25,623 nt of DNA. It comes from a virus (lineage: Duplodnaviria; Caudoviricetes). Below, piece by piece: positions 17,316 to 23,667 of the stretch. The stretch's first letter is position 1. Every line of letters begins with the position of its first letter. The notes under the pieces were generated by a model, which saw nothing but the letters and a program-made list of their open reading frames with translations, had not been told where the DNA came from and did not search any database. Position numbers and translations under genes: made by a program. Where the stretch lies: positions 1-25,623 of IMG/VR virus record IMGVR_UViG_3300034073_003672; one strand, 5' to 3'.

Positions 17316-17933
17316 TCAAGCGATCTGAATACAGAATTTCACTGTACCACAAAATACAGCTTCGTCATGTAAAATTGCTGAAGGGTACTGAGGGTTTAAA
17401 GCCTTCAGGAATGCGCCTGTGCCGTCAACAATGAGTTTTCTAAACACAGGAGTTTCAGCACCGTTTGTCACAACAACCGGCGTGTTGTTTCTCATGTTCT
17501 TTTCACGCACAACAATGATGATGGATCCATCAGGGTACGACTCATTTTGTGCTGACTGCATACTTTCGCCTGAAACCCTTAGCGCATAGGCATTACCCGC
17601 CACAGGGTACGGCGAATACACGTACTCCAGTACAGGATCAACGGTAGGGTCAAACGACTCAGCCAACCCCCAGTCTATAACTGGTACCAGCTGGCCACTT
17701 GGAGTTTTTTGGTCAGCTGCAGCACCGCCACAGGCTTCTCTAAAAAGACTATCCAGCGAAATACCGAGCGCCGTGGTCAGGATGAAGAGCAGCTGGCCGG
17801 ATGGTTCCAGCCCTTCTCTTTCTATCCGAGATAAATGACCAGGCTGAATTGCACCGCCAACTTTGTCGCTGACTTCTTGCAAAGTTAGCTGTTTTGACTT
17901 GCGAATTCGCCGCAGAATTTTCCCAACGTCCAT
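17316..17933 (-). CDS. cI: cI-like prophage repressor (XRE HTH plus S24 domain)
   Basis: LRRIRKSKQLTLQEVS...LSRIER helix-turn-helix and ALRVSGESM...LKALNPQY S24 fold. Confidence 0.88.
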   Translation of the reverse strand: MDVGKILRRIRKSKQLTLQEVSDKVGGAIQPGHLSRIEREGLEPSGQLLFILTTALGISLDSLFREACGGAAADQKTPSGQLVPVIDWGLAESFDPTVDPVLEYVYSPYPVAGNAYALRVSGESMQSAQNESYPDGSIIIVVREKNMRNNTPVVVTNGAETPVFRKLIVDGTGAFLKALNPQYPSAILHDEAVFCGTVKFCIQIA

Positions 17934-17968
17934 GAATAGATCCTCAGTTTCCCCACTCTTTTTTGAAT

Positions 17969-18079
17969 ATAGTTAAAAAAGCATTGAAATAAAATTTAAC
18001 TATTAGCAAAATAGGTAATTACTAATAACCGTAAATTATCACTTACGATGATTAAAGATAAGCAAATTATCAACTTACC
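17969..18079. promoter_or_regulatory. Divergent immunity/operator region
   Basis: AT-rich. ATAGTTAAA/TTTAACTAT inverted repeat and two copies of AAATTATCA(A)CTTAC. Confidence 0.55.
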
Positions 18080-18104
18080 TACAATACGGACCGGAAACTG
18101 AACC

Positions 18105-18305
18105 ATGGCTGACGATGCAGACGTGGCTCAGGGGTTCACGGAACATTATTTGAATTTGGCACTGAGCAGGATCAAGGTGCCAGACCGAACCATCCCTAGT
18201 GCAGAACATTGCTGCATCTGTGATACACCCATCCCAAAAAAACGGCAGCAAATTTTACCAGGCATTCAAACCTGTGTAGACCATGCTGGCTGGAAAGACA
18301 GCTGA
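18105..18305 (+). CDS. TraR/DksA-family zinc-finger protein
   Basis: N-terminal DxxDxA (DDADVA) and CxxC...IP..R....PG...CVDH. Confidence 0.85.
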   Translation: MADDADVAQGFTEHYLNLALSRIKVPDRTIPSAEHCCICDTPIPKKRQQILPGIQTCVDHAGWKDS

Positions 18306-18943
18306 TGGAGATGCCTGTGAGCGAGTACTGCCAACAACTGGACTGGGTGCGCCTTCGAATTTTTCAGGCGCACTCGGTACATATAAAGACCAGGGGAGAC
18401 GACGGCGTTGCCGCTTATGTGATCCCTGCCGCTCACACCCGCAAGAAAAACACAGACGAACACATGAGTGGCGATATGAGCCGAGTGAAAGCCCGTGAAG
18501 TACGCAAGGGCAAAAGCGCTGTGCTGTTGCCGCCATGGGCGTTTGATGACACAAAGATTGTCCGCGCTGTTGGCCGCTTGCCAGACACTGAGCGCCGGTG
18601 GGTTCGCTACGCCTATAGTGGCAATTACACCTGGGATGATGAGTCAGGTATTGTTTTTGACCTATGGGAAAAGCTTGCGCCCCAGTTCACAGGCCTGCGC
18701 GGAAAAACCCTGGCGAAAGTCAGGGGTATGGTTTATCTCGCCGTCCAAAACTATAAGTCTGTCCGTACCCAAGGCAAGCCTGCACATACCCCTGAACGCA
18801 TTCGCCAGCTGGTGGAAATACCAGAGGGCAACTGGCGCAGGGATTGGCTGCCGCGCTGGAGACTAATGCGAACCGAACTGGCCAGCATCGATCATGCTGC
18901 CCTGTCGTCAATTTTGGAGGTGGCCGGTGACAGAACCGAATAG
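18305..18943 (+). CDS. Phage antitermination protein Q-like
   Basis: WVRYAY, YLAVQ and NWRRDWLPRW motifs. Position after cI and TraR matches VP882-like phages. Confidence 0.7.
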   Translation: MEMPVSEYCQQLDWVRLRIFQAHSVHIKTRGDDGVAAYVIPAAHTRKKNTDEHMSGDMSRVKAREVRKGKSAVLLPPWAFDDTKIVRAVGRLPDTERRWVRYAYSGNYTWDDESGIVFDLWEKLAPQFTGLRGKTLAKVRGMVYLAVQNYKSVRTQGKPAHTPERIRQLVEIPEGNWRRDWLPRWRLMRTELASIDHAALSSILEVAGDRTE

Positions 18944-19319
18944 CCCAAACCCATGCCCTCACTGCAAAGACATCCCGTCGCTCAGAACAGACTCAGCGAC
19001 GGGATTCTTTATGGTGGCGTGTATAGCCTGCAAAGTTTACACAGAGGCGACATCCAGCAACGAGGCCGCCATTGGCTACTGGAATAACTTTGCCCAGGAA
19101 CACCGTGCCTGCTTAGGCTGCGGAAGCCAGCCAACGATTAAGCACAGCAAGCTTCGACAGATGTGGGTTTATCAATGCACCGGTTGTAACTGGCAAGGCA
19201 ACCTAAGCCACTCATCACAGGGCGCGCTCTGTGACTGGCATCGCTCAAATACGCCTGGCGACATGCACATCATGGAGCTGTGGCAGATGAGAGCAGCGGA
19301 GCTTCAGAATCAAGCATAA
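18927..19319 (+). CDS. Double zinc-ribbon protein (Lar-like)
   Basis: PCPHC...CIAC...AIGYWN and CLGC...CTGC...DWH. GGAGG RBS before the GTG at 18927. Confidence 0.6.
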   Translation: MTEPNSPNPCPHCKDIPSLRTDSATGFFMVACIACKVYTEATSSNEAAIGYWNNFAQEHRACLGCGSQPTIKHSKLRQMWVYQCTGCNWQGNLSHSSQGALCDWHRSNTPGDMHIMELWQMRAAELQNQA

Positions 19320-19369
19320 ACATTTACACAAAAGAACATTTACACAAAAGCATATTTGCACATTCACAG
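19314..19369. repeat. 8-bp periodic repeat array C
   Basis: ATTTACAC AAAAGAAC ATTTACAC AAAAGCAT ATTTGCAC ATTCACAG. Confidence 0.8.
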
Positions 19370-19382
19370 AAGGACCGACGAA

Positions 19383-19646
19383 ATGGAAGAATTCGCAAAA
19401 CTGTTTAACACCGCAAGAACGCAGATCCTCGTTGTACTGGATGACACTAGCGATGCAGACTTATCGCAGATCACACTGACGGCAAAGCCAAAAGGTGGGC
19501 AGGCGATTAAAATAGTCGTTGGCGGCTCTGGCCCAGCTGGCCGTGAACGGATTAACCATATTTTCAACATCATGGACAAGCAGGCAGCACTGAATATTGT
19601 GCTTCCTATGTTGCCAGCTCCGGAGGCTTTGTTATGTACAGTTTAA
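19383..19646 (+). CDS. Hypothetical protein (87 aa)
   Basis: AGGA RBS; within the operon. Confidence 0.65.
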   Translation: MEEFAKLFNTARTQILVVLDDTSDADLSQITLTAKPKGGQAIKIVVGGSGPAGRERINHIFNIMDKQAALNIVLPMLPAPEALLCTV

Positions 19647-19939
19647 CGCCAGGCATTGAATCAAAAGAGCGGATATTGCTGCTGCTTCAGTTAACAGAAA
19701 TCACCAGCGAGGATATTATTGCTGCTCTGGTGGATCACCTCGAAAGAGGTCTGAGTGTTACGACCTCAGCTGCGCTAAACAACGTCCCGCAGCCGAACGT
19801 CAGCCGCGCCTTAGCTACGCTGAACGAAAAGGCCGAAATAGTTGAAAAGATAAAAGAGCATGACGAAAGAAGGCGAAAACAATATCAGTTAACCGATATA
19901 AAAAATAATAAAGAAAACAGCTCAGGCGTAAATGAGTAA
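19634..19939 (+). CDS. PapB/FocB-family transcription regulator
   Basis: LTPG.ES.ER..LLLQLT.I.SEDIIAALVDHL..G...PNVSRAL..LN pattern. Confidence 0.7.
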   Translation: MYSLTPGIESKERILLLLQLTEITSEDIIAALVDHLERGLSVTTSAALNNVPQPNVSRALATLNEKAEIVEKIKEHDERRRKQYQLTDIKNNKENSSGVNE

Positions 19940-19969
19940 TGACACAAAAGCACAAATGCACAAAAGCAC
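19930..19969. repeat. 8-bp periodic repeat array D
   Basis: AAATGAGT AATGACAC AAAAGCAC AAATGCAC AAAAGCAC. Confidence 0.75.
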
Positions 19970-20178
19970 AAGTAAAATGGCCTGTGCCGGAACGCGACAA
20001 CTTAGTCTATATTACCGCCACCGCACTGGCCTGCAGCCGTAGCCCGTCAGCTGTCTATTTTGAGCAGGCGCTCAAGTTTATGCACCGACATATTGATAAC
20101 CGGACATCACTCGGCCTTTGCTGTATCGCTCAAAACGCCGAGCTTTTATCAGCAAAAAAGATACTGCAGGTAGCGTGA
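19939..20178 (+). CDS. Hypothetical protein (79 aa)
   Basis: TAATG and TGATG coupling with both neighbours. Confidence 0.55.
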   Translation: MTQKHKCTKAQVKWPVPERDNLVYITATALACSRSPSAVYFEQALKFMHRHIDNRTSLGLCCIAQNAELLSAKKILQVA

Positions 20179-20474
20179 TGAATAATCAGCAAATGCACAT
20201 CAACCGCTATGTTTTTGGGAAAATCACGGACGATATGTCAAGCGGCCCCCTATCGATGTGGCGACAGTTTGACGATAAGCTACTCAAATTTTTTGCTAAT
20301 GAGATTTTTGAAAAAGCGCCTGACTTTTGCTTTGGGGCTTTCGATGTGGACAGAGTGACTTACTCTGTTAGGTGTTTAAAGCACTCGCCTAACCAGCGCC
20401 AATTTATCCTGGACGCATTAGACAATGGCAGTCCATTTAGGCTGCTGCGTGACGTACAAAAAACAGGCAGTTGA
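20178..20474 (+). CDS. Hypothetical protein (98 aa)
   Basis: ATG overlaps the upstream TGA. Confidence 0.55.
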   Translation: MNNQQMHINRYVFGKITDDMSSGPLSMWRQFDDKLLKFFANEIFEKAPDFCFGAFDVDRVTYSVRCLKHSPNQRQFILDALDNGSPFRLLRDVQKTGS

Positions 20475-20500
20475 CACTTTGACACGCTTTGAGGTATCTT
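20471..20500 (+). promoter_or_regulatory. Putative late promoter (pR'-like)
   Basis: TTGACA-18-TATCTT followed within about 40 nt by a terminator, upstream of the lysis genes. Confidence 0.6.
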
Positions 20501-20536
20501 TCCGACATATTCAGCTAAATTGCTAGAAATCTAAAC

Positions 20537-20558
20537 AACCCGCTTCGGCGGGTTTTTT
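20537..20558 (+). terminator. Intrinsic terminator (tR'-like)
   Basis: AACCCGC-TTCG-GCGGGTT-TTTT. Confidence 0.85.
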
Positions 20559-20756
20559 GTTGCCTAAAATCCGGAGCCGCCATGAACTAGAAAACACCCA
20601 CAGCTGAAGCAGTAGCATTCAGCCAGGATAGCTTGATCCTTCATTCAAGAATTCCCCTCGCGACGTATCCTGGGAAAGGTGGCCGTAACGGCAAGGAACA
20701 GGTCCGGTTAGCGCCCGGTTAGCGCATCAGTAAGCTATGACAACATGAATTTTATG

Positions 20757-20781
20757 AAGCCCGCATTTTGCGGGCTTTTTT
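20757..20781 (+). terminator. Second intrinsic terminator before the lysis cassette
   Basis: AAGCCCGCA-TTT-TGCGGGCTT-TTTT. Confidence 0.8.
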
Positions 20782-20794
20782 ATTGGGGGTAATC

Positions 20795-21067
20795 GTGGAT
20801 CTCAACACATTGATAGCTCTCCTGACTTTAATCGTCGTCGTCGTTGGAGCCGTGGTCGGCGTACTTTGGTCGCGATTGAATGACCTAGGCAATGCGTTAG
20901 TTGATGAACGGGTAAATGTCGCAAAACAGTACATCACCTCCGTTGAAATGGACCGACGCCTGGAGCAGGCCATTAAGCCAGTGGAGAAAATGCTGGAGAA
21001 GATTGAAGAGCAGAATAAGCAAATTTTTGCAGCAATTACACATGGTAAGAGGATGAGCGATGGCTAA
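20795..21067 (+). CDS. Single-TM plus coiled-coil protein, putative holin or lysis accessory
   Basis: GTG start after a GGGGG RBS. N-terminal transmembrane segment; directly upstream of the endolysin. Confidence 0.6.
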   Translation: MDLNTLIALLTLIVVVVGAVVGVLWSRLNDLGNALVDERVNVAKQYITSVEMDRRLEQAIKPVEKMLEKIEEQNKQIFAAITHGKRMSDG

Positions 21068-21614
21068 AACAGAAACTAAGACGGCCGCAATCACCAAGGT
21101 GATAGAGCGTGAAGGAGGTTATGTATTCCACCCGTCAGATCGTGGCGGTCCGACTCGTTACGGTATAACTCAAAAGAAAGCTAAAGAGTTCGACTACACA
21201 GGCCACATGGCTGAGTTTCCCGTCGAGCTGGCGTACCGCATTTACGCCGCTGACTTTTGGGACAAAATTCGCCTGGATGAAATTGCTGCCATCGATGGCC
21301 AGCTGGCCACCGTGATTTTTGATTTTGCTGTGAATAGCGGTGTTTCAACTGCAACGCGCCAGCTGCAGCGTCTGCTGAACGTTCTGAATCAAAAAGGAAC
21401 GCTTTATCCGGATTTAGTTGTAGATGGAGTCCCAGGCTCAAAAACGGTTCTGGCCGTGACTGATTTTGCCAAAAAGCGCGGCTCTGAAGGCACTAAGGTG
21501 CTGACTGAGTCGCTTAACAGCCTTCGCATTGAGTTTTGCGTTCGCATCATGGAAAGCGATGAAAGTCAGGAAGCATTTGGCTTTGGCTGGTTGCATCGCA
21601 TCGTCAACCTTTAG
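21060..21614 (+). CDS. Endolysin, glycoside hydrolase family 108 with peptidoglycan-binding domain
   Basis: EGGY..HPSDRGGPTRYGIT, FDFAVNSG, DGVPGSKT and FGWLHRI motifs. Confidence 0.92.
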   Translation: MAKTETKTAAITKVIEREGGYVFHPSDRGGPTRYGITQKKAKEFDYTGHMAEFPVELAYRIYAADFWDKIRLDEIAAIDGQLATVIFDFAVNSGVSTATRQLQRLLNVLNQKGTLYPDLVVDGVPGSKTVLAVTDFAKKRGSEGTKVLTESLNSLRIEFCVRIMESDESQEAFGFGWLHRIVNL

Positions 21615-21624
21615 GAGTAAATAG

Positions 21625-22161
21625 ATGAGCTTAATAGCTGTCGCCCTACAATTAGCCGCATCAACTGGCCTCGCTGGAAAGCTTGGCAAATGGATTGGCG
21701 GAAAGAACGGCGAGGCAGTTGCTGAACAAGTGATCAGCATCGCCCAGTCAGTCACCGGTGAACCTGATCCCGAAAAAGCGGCGGCTGCCGTTCTGGCCAA
21801 TAAGGCCCAACTGATGGAGTTTGAAGAGCAAGTCTTCCAGCGTGAGCTGCAGCTGGAGAAGCTGTCCCTTCAGAACGTGGAAAGTGCGCGCAATCTGCAG
21901 ATAGTTGCGCTTAACCAAACTGACGTATTTAGTAAGCGTTTCATTTACTACCTGGCATCAGCTTGGACCGCTTTCGCTTTTATCTATTTGCTGGGCATTA
22001 CGTTCACTACAGTGCCAGAAGCTAACGTGCGCTTTGCTGATACGGTTTTAGGCTTTCTGCTTGGCACCGTGATTGCTGGCATCATCGGCTTTTTCTTCGG
22101 TAGCAGCATTGGCCGTGACCGACCAGATGAGCCACAGCCCTCCCTCAGCTCGGCGCGTTAG
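21625..22161 (+). CDS. Putative holin-like membrane protein
   Basis: VESAR motif and two C-terminal transmembrane segments ending GFFFGSS. Follows the endolysin. Confidence 0.65.
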   Translation: MSLIAVALQLAASTGLAGKLGKWIGGKNGEAVAEQVISIAQSVTGEPDPEKAAAAVLANKAQLMEFEEQVFQRELQLEKLSLQNVESARNLQIVALNQTDVFSKRFIYYLASAWTAFAFIYLLGITFTTVPEANVRFADTVLGFLLGTVIAGIIGFFFGSSIGRDRPDEPQPSLSSAR

Positions 22162-22163
22162 CC

Positions 22164-22427
22164 ATGCTCGGCTTCATGAGCGCAAAGCAGGCTAAGGCAG
22201 CAGGCTTTACACATCATGGCAGCCATTACGGCATCCCGGTTTGGATTGGAGACCCTGAAGGTGACTTCATGGTCGCCACCAAGTGGGCGCCTGCTGAACT
22301 GCTGATGACTCTATTTCATTACATCGAGGGATTCATCCAGTCAGTTGTCTGGCCTGATGAGGAGCATGGCTTTCAGTTCGCACTGGGTCAGGCCATCGAT
22401 GCGGAAGGTAACAACAGTAAATCATAA
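22164..22427 (+). CDS. Hypothetical protein (87 aa)
   Basis: GFTHHGSHYGIPVWIG motif; fills the operon gap. Confidence 0.65.
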   Translation: MLGFMSAKQAKAAGFTHHGSHYGIPVWIGDPEGDFMVATKWAPAELLMTLFHYIEGFIQSVVWPDEEHGFQFALGQAIDAEGNNSKS

Positions 22428-22440
22428 AATCAGGAAAAAA

Positions 22441-22779
22441 ATGGAAAACCAGCACCGCAAAATTAAAGGTTATCGTGAACTCTCTGCATCTGAAATCGAT
22501 TTGATGAACCGCATCAAAGATAAGGGCGCTGAGCTACTGGCTTTACAGGCAGAACTAGCAGGCTCATTAAGCACAGCTTATGCAGAAAAGCTTAATGCAG
22601 CAGTGAAAGCACAAGAAGGTACAGGCTTCAGCATCTATCAAGGAGCGACTGATGAAGCGATTGAGTTCCGCCGCTTCAGTGATGCAGAACCTGAACGCTG
22701 GGCCAACATCGGCAAGACCGATATACAGACTGGCTTGATGGCCATGGTGCGCGCTGTAGCGCAGCCAGCTGGCGTCTAA
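22441..22779 (+). CDS. acb2: Anti-CBASS cyclic-nucleotide sponge protein Acb2 (T4 Vs.4 family)
   Basis: MENQHRKIKGYRELS..EIDLMNRIK and EPERWANIGKTDIQTGLMAMVRAVAQP match the Acb2 signature as recalled, with Y11 and K26 in register. Confidence 0.88.
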   Translation: MENQHRKIKGYRELSASEIDLMNRIKDKGAELLALQAELAGSLSTAYAEKLNAAVKAQEGTGFSIYQGATDEAIEFRRFSDAEPERWANIGKTDIQTGLMAMVRAVAQPAGV

Positions 22780-22855
22780 AACCAATTGCCCTCGGGTGCA
22801 AGCTCTGAACCAACATGGCTCAGGCCATCGACTGGGGCGCACCCCGGGGCAAAAA

Positions 22856-22900
22856 AGGTACTCCCCGGACTTCCAACAGAGACGGGTAGAAGACTCGCGG
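22856..22900 (+). other. Putative lambda-like cos site (cosQ-like plus cosN-like)
   Basis: AGGTACT-21-GGGTAGAAGACT-CGCGG parallels lambda GGGTCCT...GGGCGGCGACCT-CGCGG. Upstream of terS. Confidence 0.6.
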
Positions 22901-23051
22901 CCTTTACGACATTGAAGATTTTCGGAACAAGTCCTTTCTTCTCTTCTGCGGAGGAAGGACCAAGCAGTGTTTAGTTGACGCCCAGCCAGTGATTTTGGCC
23001 GGGCGTTCTTTGTTTTAGGGCTTCACAGTAGGCTTTAAAACAAAGGACCAA

Positions 23052-23091
23052 AAAGAAACATTTGAACATTTGCACTTTTGCGCTTTTGTCC
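23052..23091. repeat. 8-bp periodic repeat array E upstream of terS
   Basis: AAAGAAAC ATTTGAAC ATTTGCAC TTTTGCGC TTTTGTCC. Confidence 0.75.
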
Positions 23092-23109
23092 TTTCTTACA
23101 GGGTTGTTT

Positions 23110-23667
23110 ATGGGTCTGAAATTTAACAAAGCCACCTTTGCCCAGCTCATTGGCAAGTCTCCTCGCTGGGTTACAAAGTTGATAACTGAAGAAGGGATGC
23201 CCGTCGAATCGGGTGGAGGTAAAGGGGTTGAGCTGGTCATTGATTCTGAGGAAGCAATCGCCTGGCTTATCCGTGAAGCTCTGGCCAAAGAGCTGGGAAT
23301 GCGTGACGGAGATGATGCACCCGCATCAGGCTCAAAAAGTGAAGAAGAATTACTGCTCATTAAAGCCAAGCGGATCCAAGAAGAAATAAAAGCCAAAAAA
23401 GCCCAGGGACTTTCTATCGATTTAGAAGAGCTGAAGCCGGTTCTTTTTGAAGTCGCCAACATTTTTGGCCAGCAATCTGATGCCCTTGGGGGGCGTATTG
23501 CCTCGGAGTTTGCCAGCATAAATGACCCAGCCATTATTAAAGCCAGGATGCTCGAAGAATCAAGACGAATTCGAGCTCAAACCGCTGAGCGCATCTATAA
23601 GTTTATTGCTGAATATCGTGGCTACGACAGCGGAGATAGTGACAGCGCCACCACCGAGGGCAGCTGA
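23110..23667 (+). CDS. terS: Terminase small subunit (Nu1-like)
   Basis: NKATFAQLIGKSPRWVTKL..EGMP..GGG winged helix. Upstream of TerL. Confidence 0.85.
   Translation: MGLKFNKATFAQLIGKSPRWVTKLITEEGMPVESGGGKGVELVIDSEEAIAWLIREALAKELGMRDGDDAPASGSKSEEELLLIKAKRIQEEIKAKKAQGLSIDLEELKPVLFEVANIFGQQSDALGGRIASEFASINDPAIIKARMLEESRRIRAQTAERIYKFIAEYRGYDSGDSDSATTEGS

Noticed and set aside
20580-20760. tRNA or hammerhead ribozyme in the late leader
   Set aside because: No cloverleaf or T-loop GTTC consensus, and no complete CUGANGA/GAAA core.
21625-22430. Rz/Rz1 spanin pair
   Set aside because: No convincing lipobox or nested lipoprotein ORF was seen.
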